From assembly GCA_051294375.1 (NCBI GenBank), contig CM119267.1:1-47876 (forward strand): 47,876 bases of DNA, read 5' to 3'. The stretch's first letter is position 1. Each line of letters begins with the position of its first letter. Of the stretch, positions 1 to 11,091 are shown piece by piece. Position numbers and translations under genes: made by a program. Below the pieces are notes generated by a model. The model saw nothing but the letters and a program-made list of their open reading frames with translations, had not been told where the DNA came from and ran no database searches. This DNA comes from Paraspadella gotoi (lineage: Eukaryota > Animalia > Chaetognatha).

Positions 1-32
<32 letters not shown>

Positions 33-687
33 AATGACTTTCGTGTTTCATTTCCTTTGGCAGCGGAGAACTCATTAGAGAAAAAAAGGATTCTCCTTTT
101 TTGAAGTTGAAAGGAAATAAAAGAAAAAAAGGAAAAAAGGAAAAAAGGAAAAAAAGAAAAAAAAAGAAAAAAAGAAAAAAGGAAAAAAGGAAAAAAGGAA
201 AAAAAAGGAAAAAAAAGGAAAAAAGAAAGTGACCTAAAATGACCCGAAGTGCATTTTCTGCTTGATTCGGATATTTATGATAATTTTATCTCAAAATTGA
301 CATTTTGGCCCAAAGCAGAAGCTCTCTCTCTCTCTCTCTCTCTCTNNNNNNNNNNNNNNNNNNNNNNNNNNNNNNNNNNNNNNNNNNNNNNNNNNNNNNN
401 NNNNNNNNNNNNNNNNNNNNNNNNNNNNNNNNNNNNNNNNNNNNNNNNNNNNNNNNNNNNNNNNNNNNNNNNNNNNNNNNNNNNNNNNNNNNNNNNNNNN
501 NNCTCCATCGAGTCTGATCCAGCATCTGGTTCTGTATCTGCGTCGGCATCTGCGTCGGCATCTGCGTCGGCATCGGCATTAGCACCGTTATCTACACCGG
601 CATCTGCATCAGCATCTGTATCGGCATCGGAATTCGTGTCGGCGTCTTTGAACCGAAAATGTTTTACCTGAAAAGATCAAAGGAAGT
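1..687. repeat. Duplicate of about 1640-2342 (tandem duplication or uncollapsed haplotype)
   Basis: GGGAAATGACTTTCGTGTTTCATTTCC, GACCCGAAGTG..CATTTT and CTCCATCGAG..GATCCAGCATCTG recur at an offset of about 1.65 kb; N gaps lie within and next to this copy. Confidence 0.85.
503..667 (-). CDS. Exon encoding an acidic Asp-Ala repeat (cleaner duplicate of 2120-2323)
   Basis: TTTCAG acceptor, then open frame VKHFRFKDADTNSDADTDADADAGVDNGANADADADADADADTEPDAGSDSME running into the N gap. Confidence 0.45.
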
Positions 688-764
688 NNNNNNNNNNNNN
701 NNNNNNNNNNNNCCTGCTCCCGGCACCCCCTCAAAGACCTCCCAACCCACGGCTGGCTAGCCCG

Positions 765-1480
765 ACCGACCAAACGTAATTACAAAACCGCCCAGGAGAC
801 GACCGACCGACAAACGAATTACCGACCGACCAAGAGACGACCCGATTCCGACCAACGGAATTACCGACCGACCAAAGAGACCGATCCGACCGACCAAAAC
901 GAATTACCGACCGACCTAAAGAGACCGACGACCGACCAAAACGAAATTATCCGAGCGACAATGGACGGACCGACCGACCAACGAATTACCAACCACCAGG
1001 AGACCGCACCGACCGACCAACACGAAATTACCGACCGACCAGAGACCGACCGCCGACCAAACGGAGATTACCGGACCGACCAGACCGACCGACGCAATCA
1101 CGAACTCATTACGGCAATCCGACAAAGACCGACCGCGAACCAAAACGAATTACCGATCGAGACAGGAGACCGACCGACCGACCAAACGAATTACCCGAGC
1201 TCACGGACCAGACGAGACCACTAATACCTAGATAGCGCTTCGACGACCCGAGCCGACCGACCAAAACGAAATTTACCGACCACCAGGGAGACCGACGACC
1301 GACCAAAACGAAAAATTATCCGACCGTCCGAGCCAAGGAGGACCGACGACCGACCAAGAACTACCATTTAGCCGAACCGACCAAGTGGAGACCGGACCCG
1401 ACCGACCCACGCGAAAATACGGCCAAGTACCGAGGCCGATCGCACGATTTGAGCGAGTAGAGCCGACCCGACCGACCCTC
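765..1480. repeat. Minisatellite, about 35-40 bp unit built on (GACC)n
   Basis: Recurrent GACCGACCGACCAAAACGAATTACCGACCGACC(A)AGAGA with many indels. Confidence 0.9.
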
Positions 1481-1801
1481 CTTGACTCTCTTTTTTTCTT
1501 CTTCTCTACGATTTTGAGGCGTGATAGTTAAATTTCAAAGTCGGCCTGGGGTGTTTTTTTCTGCGAGAGAGACGAGAGAGAGAGAGAGAGAGAGAGAACT
1601 GAGAGAGAGGTGGGAGATGATGGAGACGCATGAAGAGAGAGAATAGAAGGCAGAGAGAAGAGAGAGAGAGAGAGGGAAATGACTTTCGTGTTTCATTTCC
1701 TTTGGAGCGGAGAACTCATTAAGAAAAAGAAAAAAAGATTCTCCTTTTTGAAGATTGAAAGGAAAATAAAAGAAAAAAGAGAAAAAAGAGAGAAAAATAG
1801 G

Positions 1802-1846
<45 letters not shown>

Positions 1847-2119
1847 GAAAAAAAAGGAAAAAAAGGAAAGAAAAAAGATGAAAAAAGGGAAAAAAAAAGG
1901 AAATGAAAGTGACCTAAAAATGTTGACCCGAAGTGGCATTTTCTGACTGCTTGATTCGGATAATATTTATGATAATTTACTTCAAATTGACATTTTTGGC
2001 CAAAAGCAGAGTTCTCTCTCTTCTCTCTCTCTCTTCTCTCTCTCTCATCTCTCCTCTCTCTCTCTGCTCTCTTCTCTCTGCTCTCTTCTCCTCTCTCTTT
2101 TGTTCTCCGTTTAACAAAC

Positions 2120-2323
2120 CTGTTAACACATGACATGAGATCCTTCCTCCATCGAGTTTGATCCAGCATCTGTTCTTTATCTGCGTCGGCATCTGCGTTC
2201 CGGCATCTGCGTGCGGCACTCGGCATTGCAGCTTAGCACCGTTTATCTACACCGGCTCGCTGCATCAGCATCTGTATCGCATCGATCTCGTGTCGGCGCG
2301 TCTTGTGAACCGAAAAGTTTTAC
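2120..2323 (-). CDS. Putative exon 3 of a secreted acidic DA-repeat protein (indel-noisy copy)
   Basis: TTTCAG acceptor and CAG|GTTTGT donor; homologous to 503-667. Confidence 0.4.
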
Positions 2324-2389
2324 CTGAAAGATCAAAGGAGAGTTATTAATTTATCCTTTCTCTTCTTCTTGTTCCTCTCCCTCTCTCCC

Positions 2390-2465
<76 letters not shown>

Positions 2466-2530
2466 TTCTCTCTCTCGCACATATAAAGAAAAACAAACCA
2501 AAGAAAAATTGATTTTTTGAAACAATAAAC

Positions 2531-2586
2531 AAGTTTAATTCCCAACAGAGAGATTTTTGAGCCTTCAAACATCTCAGGGGAGAAAT
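2531..2586 (-). CDS. Putative exon 2 of the same gene: (D)FSPEMFEGSKISLLGIKL
   Basis: Pyrimidine tract plus CAG acceptor and GTTTAT donor; phase 1 in and phase 0 out, matching both neighbouring exons. Confidence 0.4.
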
Positions 2587-2599
2587 CTGAAGAGACGAA

Positions 2600-2666
<67 letters not shown>

Positions 2667-2938
2667 AGAGAAGAAAGAGAGAGAGGAAGATAGAGAGGAG
2701 AGAGAGAGAGAGGAGAAAGAGAGAGAAAAAGACAGAGAGAAAAGATATATAGATAGATAGATAGAAAGAGAGAGGAGAGAGAGAGAGAGAGACGAGAGAG
2801 AGAGAGAGAGGAGAGATATATATATATATTTGATTTGATTCGATTTGATTTATTATGCTGAAAATGTGAAAGTTTAACAAAGTAACAATACAATTGTTAA
2901 TGAGCTCTATCATATATCTATGTATGTTCCTACTATTT

Positions 2939-2978
<40 letters not shown>

Positions 2979-3011
2979 AGAGAGAGAGAAGAGAGAGATC
3001 AGAGAGGAAAC

Positions 3012-3108
3012 CCCTTCCATAACCCTGGCCATATACAGTCTTTGTTAGACGAGACAGGACGACGACGACGACGACGAAGATCTTATTTTGTGTTGACGAT
3101 AGTTTCAT
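3012..3108 (-). CDS. Putative first coding exon with signal-peptide-like MKLSSTQNKIFVVVVVVLSRLTKTVYGQGYGR
   Basis: ATG at 3108, hydrophobic core, VYG|Q cleavage-like site, phase-1 GT donor, CCAAT cluster directly upstream. Confidence 0.4.
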
Positions 3109-3109
3109 G

Positions 3110-3270
3110 GGGCTGGGGCTTGGGCTGGGCGTGGGGATGTTTTGCTCTGTGCTGGGGCTGGGCTGGGTCGTTTGGCTAAAAAGTCGGGCCGTGATTGGTT
3201 GGCCGAAAAGTCGGGCCGTGATTGGTCGGTTGGCTAAAAAGTCGGGCAGTGATTGGTTGATTCACAACTC
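3110..3270 (-). promoter_or_regulatory. Candidate promoter: CCAAT boxes in a roughly 24-28 bp repeat plus GC-box-like motifs
   Basis: Three GTGATTGG (CCAATCAC on minus) within repeats of AAAAGTCGGGC(C/A)GTGATTGG; GGGCGTGGG and GGGGCTGGG nearby. Confidence 0.4.
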
Positions 3271-3514
3271 CTTCATCGCGCCTCCAAATTTGAGTCATAA
3301 AAAATCCCAACGCGGGAATCGATCTCGGGTAATTTTTGGGATCGACTCACCTCGAGGATAACAACAACAACAATGACGACGACGACGACGACGACGAAAA
3401 TGGACGCGAAAAAATAGGAGAAAAAAATTGTTTCTTCTAAATAATGCAAATGGCAATTTTCGTGGCAGCGAGAGGGCTAAAGTGATAGAGAGACATAGAG
3501 AGAGAGGCAGATAG

Positions 3515-3573
<59 letters not shown>

Positions 3574-4099
3574 AGTCTATAATTAGTTTATATCCCCGAC
3601 TTCCTTTCTCAATTTTCTATTTTTTTCCTCGGGAACTAATTACACCATAGACGCCCCAGGTATTAATTACACCATAGAAGCCCATGAGAGATCCCGGTCG
3701 ATCGCCGATGGGAGATCCCGGTAGAGATCGCCCACGACGATATCGATCTCTTGTGATTTTGTTGAGGGGGAGAGAGAGGGAGAGAGAGAGAGGGAGAGAG
3801 AGAGAGGGAGAGAGAGAGGAAGAGAGAGAGAGGGAGAGAGAGAGGGGGAGAGAGGAGAGAGAGAGGGAGGGAGAGAGAGAGGGAGAGAGAGAGAGGGAGA
3901 GATAGAGAGAGAGGGAGAAAAAGAAGAGAGAAAGATAGAGAGAGAGGGAGAGAGAGAGAGAGTAAGAGAGAGAGGAAAAGGGGAGAGAAAGAGGAAATTG
4001 AAAATGATTGATAAATAAATAAAATAAAACAAACTAAAAAAAAGGACTAATGACAAATGGAAGTTAAAGAAGTTAAAGTCAGTTACAATACAATATTGT

Positions 4100-4240
4100 A
4101 ATATTACATCACTTCATTGATAGGGAAGCCAGATACTGTGGGAGTGAATCAACGAGACTGTGAGAGAGTCTTATGTTATGTTATCATCTTGCAAATGGCA
4201 TGGAGGCCCTCAGGTCAAAAGACACGAGGCAAGATATATT
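4100..4240 (-). repeat. Diverged inverted copy of part of the 324-bp tandem unit at 7190-8015
   Basis: CACTTCATTGATAGGGAAGCCAG..GGAGTGAAT..AACGAGACTG is the reverse complement of the unit core. Confidence 0.8.
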
Positions 4241-4506
4241 TATTTTATGATTAAATATTTTTCTATATCGGTTGTATGAATTCTATTATTGCTAATTGAT
4301 AAGAAATGCCAAAATTAACGACAAACCGACCTACCGACAGACCGACAGACCGACAGACCGACCGTTAAAAGTTTATACTGACGACGACGACAACAACAAC
4401 GACGAAATCACGTCAGTCATTTTCTTCTTTTCTTTTTTTTATTCAATTTTTATTCTCTTTTAAAATCGATGAATTTCGTCGCCAGATGTGAAACGAGTCG
4501 ATTCCA

Positions 4507-4830
4507 TTAGAGTTGCCCTTAGAGTTGCTCTTAGAGTTGCTCTTAGAGTTGCCCTTAGATTTGACTTTAGAATAGCCCTACAGTAGCCCCCTCAATAGTT
4601 GCCCTAAAATGCCCTTAGCGTTGCCCTTAGCATATCACTGAGCACTTCCTTAGCGTTTATCTAAGCATTGCCTTTAGCGTTGGCAATAGCATTTTTCTCA
4701 GCATTGCCCTTAGAGTTGCCTTCAGAGTTGCCCTTGAAGTTGCCCTGTTCCTTCGTTCGTTCATTCGTTCGTTCGTTCGTTCATTCGTCCGTTCGTTCGT
4801 TCGTTCGTTCGTTCGTTCGTTGGTTCGTTA
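4507..4830. repeat. 12-bp minisatellite (AGTTGCCCTTAG)n followed by (TTCG)n
   Basis: Direct reading. Confidence 0.9.
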
Positions 4831-6125
4831 TATTCTTTCTTCGGTTCATTAGTTATAGATTATTCGTTAATCGGTTCGGTTCATAATGGTTTTGTGTATT
4901 GATTAGTTCATTCATTAGTTCGAGGAATGAGGAAGAGAAGGAGGAGAAGGAGAACGAGGAGGAAGAAAAGGAGGAAGAGGAGGAAGAAGAGGAGGAAGAG
5001 CAAGAGAAGGAGTGGTTGGAAGATGATGGGAAGAAAAAAATCAAAAAGCAAAAAGNNNNNNNNNNTATATATATATATATTTGATTTGATTCGATTTGAT
5101 TTATTATGCTGAAAATGTGAAAGTTTAACAAAGTAACAATACAATTGTTAATGAGCTCTACATATATCTATGTATGTACCTACTATTTAGAGAGAGAAAT
5201 AAAGAATTCAAAGTGACAAAGACAAATAGAAAAAAAGATAAGGAAGGAAAAAAAGTCACGTGACCAAGAGATGATCAAAATTATTTTTTACGGAGAAATT
5301 GGGCGACCCTCTCCCTCTTTCTCCTTCCTCTTCCTCCCCTTCTCCCTCCCCTCTTACTCACCCTCCTCCCCATCCTCTTCATCTTCCTCCTCGCCTTCTC
5401 CCCCGCCACGATCCTTCCTCTCGTCCTCCCATAGATTTGTCGATTCTGCGCGTCGAAACAAGAAACGTAGATTTCGGGCGAAGTGACTTTTGCTCGATTT
5501 GAGAAGCGGACGACTTTGCCGAGACGAAGGGTAGGAGGGTGGCTGAGGAGAAGTGGGGGGGAGGAAGAGAGAGGGAGAGAGGGAGGAAGAGAGGGAGAAA
5601 GTTGGGGGGGGGAGATCGTTTTGATAAAAACGATCGATCGATTGATTGATTGAAATCGATTCATTTGAAATCGGAAAAAAAAGCGAATGGAATCTAAATT
5701 GGGTTAGTTGTAAATTTGTAAATAATAATGAAGGACAATGTGGCGTTAATTTTAAAGCTAATTTTTGTTATTTCTTGATTCTATTTTTTTTTATTTTATT
5801 ATTATTATTGTTATTATTATATTATTTCATTATTTTATTAATCGATTTTCTATTTTATTTTGTTTCTTGAAGAATCTCTCCTGAGTAAAAATAAAAAGAA
5901 GAAAGGAAAGAAAGGAAAGAAAAGAGAGGAAAGGAAAGAAAAGAAAGGAAAGTAAAGTGAGATAAAGAGAGGATGTGACTTAAGGTTTTTTGAACAAAAA
6001 GTTTTTGAATTAATTTTCGACGACGACGACGAAAAAAATCATTTCCGTGAATTTTAAAGTCAATGGGACGATTTGAGATTTGATCTCTTTGACTTTTCAG
6101 TCATATAAATTTGCGGAATATAGAT

Positions 6126-6187
<62 letters not shown>

Positions 6188-6376
6188 AAACAACAGTTTA
6201 GTTATATAATGATAGAGCAATAAATCAATTTTAGTAATCAAATTAAAACATTGAATCAAATATATTAAATAAATAAATGAACCATTTTATAAATCAAATC
6301 AAAATCAAAATCAAAATCAATCAAATGAAAATCTAAATCAAATTTAAATCAAAATCTAAATCAAATCAAATCTCAC

Positions 6377-6577
6377 CCTCTGTCCTTCCATCCGTTGGAC
6401 CGACTCTTTCGAAGTCGATTCATCTTTTGAAACTGACAGTAGCCGAAATTCGTACGGACATCTGGATTAAAGACGGACACATTGACGGCGATCACTTCGT
6501 CGTCGTAGTCGTCGTCGTCGTCATCATCGACGGCGACCACTGGCGGAGACGAGAAATACCACGAACACGTGCGCCGT
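6377..6577 (-). CDS. Isolated 201-bp exon, CUB-domain-like
   Basis: Pyrimidine-rich CAG acceptor and GG|GTGAG donor; only one frame is open: RRTCSWYFSSPPVVAVDDDDDDYDDEVIAVNVSVFNPDVRTNFGYCQFQKMNRLRKSRSNGWKDR. The C-x-W...(I/V)-x-V-x-V-x-x-F...C spacing resembles CUB. Confidence 0.4.
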
Positions 6578-6779
6578 CTGTCGGTGAAAGAAAAGAAAAA
6601 TGAAACAAGATGGGTCCATCCAATGCGTTGCGCCGCAGTGACTTTATTTTCACGTGTATTTCCCTGTGATCACATGATTAATTAATTAATTGATTAATAT
6701 TATTTTTCTTTATTCGTGTCAAAATCGTTTTTCACTTTTGTCTCGCCTCTCAATCACAAAACAACAATCTCGATCACAA

Positions 6780-7147
6780 AATTAATCAATTAATTAATTA
6801 TAAATAATCAATAATTAATTTACATTTAATATAAAAATAAAAAACATAATCAAATAGTGAAATAGATTGTTTTTTTTTTTCTATTTTACCTCATTTCCAC
6901 TTGGACGAAACTTGATTTCCTGCTCAATAAAACACTTTCATACCCACACACAAAATTTCATTCTTATCCATCCATAAAATCACGAGTAATTGGTGTTTTT
7001 GCTAAGGTGGGACGGACAGACATAATTTATCATAATTCGATGTTCTGACATGATATAAGTGAGTGCCCGACAAGATTGAAGGGGCGTACCGACGGACCTA
7101 CAAAGTGAATTATAGGGTCGGGATCTGCTGAAAGCAGATCCGACTAA
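6780..7147 (-). mobile_element. Partial DINE-1/HINE-like (non-autonomous Helentron) copy, 5' end
   Basis: Terminal hairpin GTCGGGATCTGCTGAAAGCAGATCCGACT and core shared with 38905-40353. Confidence 0.7.
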
Positions 7148-7189
7148 AAAAAAAAAAAAAAAAAACCCGACCGGACGGATTGATATTAA

Positions 7190-8015
7190 TGAAATTGGTA
7201 CAACTAATATAAAAATTATCCATTCATATTAATAAATCAGACTATCTTGCCCCTGACTTTGGACAGGCTTTGGTGGTTTAAGGCCTCCATCACTCTTACA
7301 AGATAATGACATATCAGGTCCCTGCAAGCTTTCAATCAAGACTCTCTCAGTCTCGTTTATTTCACTCCCAGAGTACCTGGCTTCCCTATCAATGAAGTGG
7401 TATAATATTCAAGAATGTTTTCAATTGTATGAAAAGACCACTCCCTTAAGTATTAGATCGGGGAATACTTATTGTACTCCGCACTAGTCAAAATACAAGG
7501 AGCTGAATTTTTATGAAATTGGTACAACCAATATAAAAATTATCCATTCATTTTAATAAATCAGCTATCTTGCCCCTGACTTTGGACAGGCTTTGGTGGT
7601 TTAAGGCCTCCATCACTCTTACAAGATAATGACATATCAGGTCCCTGCAAGCTTTCAATCAAGACTCTCTCAGTCTCGTTTATTCACTCCCAGAGTACCT
7701 GGCTTCCCTATCAATGAAGTGGTATAATATTCAAAGAATGTTTCAATTGTATGAAAAGACCACTCCCTTAAGTATTAGATCGGGGAATACTTATTGTACT
7801 CGCGCATTAGCATCAAAATACAAGGAGCTGAATTTTATGAAATTGGTACAACCAATATAAAAATTATCATTCATTTAATAAATCAGCTATCTTGCCCCTG
7901 ACTTTGGACAGGCTTTGGTGGTTTAAGGCCTCCATCACTCTTACAAGATAATGACATATCAGGTCCCTGCAAGCTTTTCAATCAAGACTTCTCTCAGTCT
8001 GCGTTATTCACTCCC
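7190..8015 (+). repeat. Tandem repeat, about 324-bp unit, about 2.6 copies; possible Helitron-type array
   Basis: Units start TGAAATTGGTACAAC at about 7190, 7514 and 7838; each full unit has hairpin TAAGTATT..AATACTTA, followed in the first unit by CTAG|TC. Confidence 0.85.
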
Positions 8016-8029
8016 ATTCACAACATTTA

Positions 8030-8150
8030 ACTTCAACCTTAACCCTTAACCTTATGCCCTAAGCCCTAAGCCTTAAGCCCTAACCTTATTCTCTTACATA
8101 ATCCTTAACCCTAACTACCTTCCACTAACCAATAACCACTAACCACTTAC
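8030..8150. repeat. Degenerate telomere-like (CCCTAA)n tract
   Basis: CCCTAAGCCCTAAGCCTTAAGCCCTAACC; similar tracts in the opposite sense at about 10030-10160, 41250-41364 and 43450-43640. Confidence 0.6.
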
Positions 8151-9868
8151 CTAATATTTAAACCTTTTTTTTGGTTTAAATATATTTAAACCTTAAAACT
8201 GACTTCATTCCGAATTCGAAAACAAATGAGGCGTTTTAAGAAAATAGGGCCCAATTCATCTATAGGCAGCTGGATTTCGATTTAGTTCATTTATTACAAA
8301 AACAAACAAAACCGAGAAAATTAAAAAAAAAAAATTCTAAATATATTTTTTAAAATGTTTTATTTTTTTTCCAAGAACCGAATATATTTATTCTCTTTGC
8401 TCATATTTTACCTCCTGGGGATGACCAATTTTTAAGACTCCCTCTCTCTCTCCTTCCCTTTCTCCGCTTCCTTCTCCTCTCCCTTCCCTTTCTTCCTCTC
8501 CTTCCTTTATCCTTTTCCTTCTTCTCTAACCTACCCCTCTCCTCCTTCCTTCTCCTCCTCCTTCCTCAGTCTCTCTTCCCTCCCCTCTTTCCCTTCGTCA
8601 CAAATATATGTTCTTCGATTCTGAAAAAAATGTAAGTGTCTCTCTGTCCTTTCCTTCCTCCCTCCCCTCCCTTCCTCCTTCCTCCCTCCCTCCCCTCCCT
8701 CATCTTCCCTCTCTCCTCATCTATTAGAAAATCCACAACATTTTGCCCAATTTTTTTCCTAGAATTTATACTTTTTCTCCATCGCGACTCATGCACTCTC
8801 TCTCTCTCTCTCTCTCTCTCCCTCTCTCTCCTTCTCTTCTCTTCTCTCCACCCTTCCACTTCCTTCTTCATCTCTCAAAGGATAGGATTCAAATCTTTTT
8901 CTCTCATCTGAATCAAGACGCGAGGAGAATGAAATCCTGATGTGGAGGAGGAGGAGGAGGAGGAGGAGGAGGAGGAAGAGGAGAAGGAGGAGGAAAAGAG
9001 GATGAGGAGGAAGAGGAGGAGGAGAGAGGCGACGACCGCATTAATTCTCACGACCCCAAAAGCGTTGGGACTCATGGATCCTTCAGGCCCTATAGTACCG
9101 AGGTGGGACCAAATATGCAGACAAAACTTAACGTCCTGCCCTGTCTATTTTAACCTTTATTTACTAGAGGGGTCCCAAACAAAAGAGCATTTAGTAAGAC
9201 AAGTTAGTACTTTTGATTAAGTTTTAAAAATTACTCACCAGATATCTTATTCTTTTTTAAGAAACAAAGGAACGTGCATAATAAATTTGATCTGCACCTG
9301 CTAGATCTTCCTTTGCACCTGCTTTTACACAAAATAGCAATTTCTGTTTAAATTGCTATTATTCCAAATAGCAATTTCTGCTTAAATTTCAATCATATTA
9401 AAAAATTTAGAAATTTCTTAATCAAGATCATTCTTTAAACATCATTCTATATAATTAAATATTATATCTTATTTTTTTTTCTTACCCATATATATTTTGA
9501 AAAAATGATGCAAGTTAAAAAAAACAGACACAAAACGTTTTGAACGCTCTTCGCCTCTTTTACCGGAGCCACTGGAAAAAATTCTCAAACTAGGGCATCG
9601 TAATTTTTATCCGTTAATATTTTTATATTTTCCCAAGGACTTTAAAAATGAATAATTGCTTTCGTGCGGTATATTTTTATTTAAAACATTCACGGGCCTG
9701 GACATTTTTGTATAAATTTAAACTTTAAGTGATTCAATTTTTTATTAAATATAAAAAGAAAAAGAAAATAATTGCAAAGTAGACAAGATAAATAGAGACA
9801 GAGAGAGAGGAGAGAGAGAGAGAGAGAGAGAGAGACATCCAAACTTGCAAATTGGACAGGAGAAATAA

Positions 9869-9913
<45 letters not shown>

Positions 9914-10788
9914 GAAAGAGAGAGAGACTTCCAAACTTACCTAACTTACCTATTTGCCCTTTCTTTCAATAGACAAAAATTTGGTGATATTTTCCAAAAA
10001 TGACTTCAATTCAATTAAAATTAAGAATTGAATAGTTTAGGGATAAGGATTAAGAAAGAGATTAGGTTGTTGATCGAATGAGGGGATTTGGTCGGATGTT
10101 AGGGATTGAGTTGAGGGGATAATGAGGGGATTTGGTGAAATGTTAGGGATTGAGGGGATAATGTTCCCTCTTTCCTTCCCAAACTTACCTTTTCCTTTCG
10201 CCGCCGCTTCTTTCCCACCTCAGGTAAGGAATGACGCAGGTCGGCGTCTCGATGACGTAACCGCGACTCATTTCTGGTGACGCATCGATTCGCCAAGAGG
10301 AGGAGGAGGAAGAGGAAGAGGAGGAAGAGGAGGAGGAGGAGGACGACAGCGAAGTGAACTGGAGAAAGTTCCGTCGGAGATGAGGCGACGATTCGAATCG
10401 ACTGCGATCAAACCAGGCGCCACTGGCGCCAGTCAAGGAATGAGAGGATTGGCCTGATTGATCGCCTGTTAAGGAAGAGGAGGAGGAAGAGGAGGAGGAA
10501 GAGGAGGAGGAAAAGGGAAGACTGGAAGTGGAGGGTAGGTCAGGGGAGGTGAGGTTAGGGAGAAAATGAGAGTAAGATACTTACTCTTTCTCTCTCTCTC
10601 TCTATTTCTCTTTTTCTCTCTCTCTATCTCTAAATTCTTATTCTCTTTCTCTCTCTTTCTCCCTTCCTCTCTCTCTCTCTCTCTATCTCCCTCTCTCTCT
10701 CTCTCTTTTTCTCTTCCTCTCTCTCTCTTTCTCTTTCTTTTTCTCTCTCTTTCTCTGTCTCTCTCTTTCTTTCTCTCTCTCTCCATCC

Positions 10789-10819
<31 letters not shown>

Positions 10820-11019
10820 CTCTCTCATTTATATATATATATATATTATATATATATTATATGTGGATAAGGGCTACGTGGCTGAAGATGACTGTCCGTA
10901 CTTCTGTAACCCCCTCTAGCAGGCCATGGAACGGGTCCCTGGGCTTCGAACCAGGCTTGAGGTTTGCCATGCCCCCAGGGCGGCTTACGGCCGTTCCTCA
11001 CGCTTCCCGGCAGGGTAGG

Positions 11020-11091
11020 TACCGGGTTGGGATTGAACCCGGTACCTAGCTGGTCATGAGCTGTTGGCTTTACTCAATGAGCCACCGGGTC
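11020..11091 (-). ncRNA. tRNA-like Pol III promoter region inside the LTR (second copy at about 11420-11491)
   Basis: GACCCGGTGGCTCATTGAGTAAAGC (A-box-like)...CTCATGA...GGGTTCAATCCC (B box); no convincing acceptor stem. Confidence 0.7.

Noticed and set aside
5414-5530. Possible plus-strand exon (DLSILRVETRNVDFGRSDFCSI*)
   Set aside because: Short, contains a stop, and has no supporting neighbouring exons
1535-5664. Many ORFs rich in LS, RE, K or F (also 8566-10919 and 16223-16660)
   Set aside because: These are translations of (GA)n/(TC)n/(A)n microsatellites
10880-10900. CTGAAGA motifs in the TRIM (also 11203-11209 on minus)
   Set aside because: No stem II-GAAA follows, so these are not hammerheads
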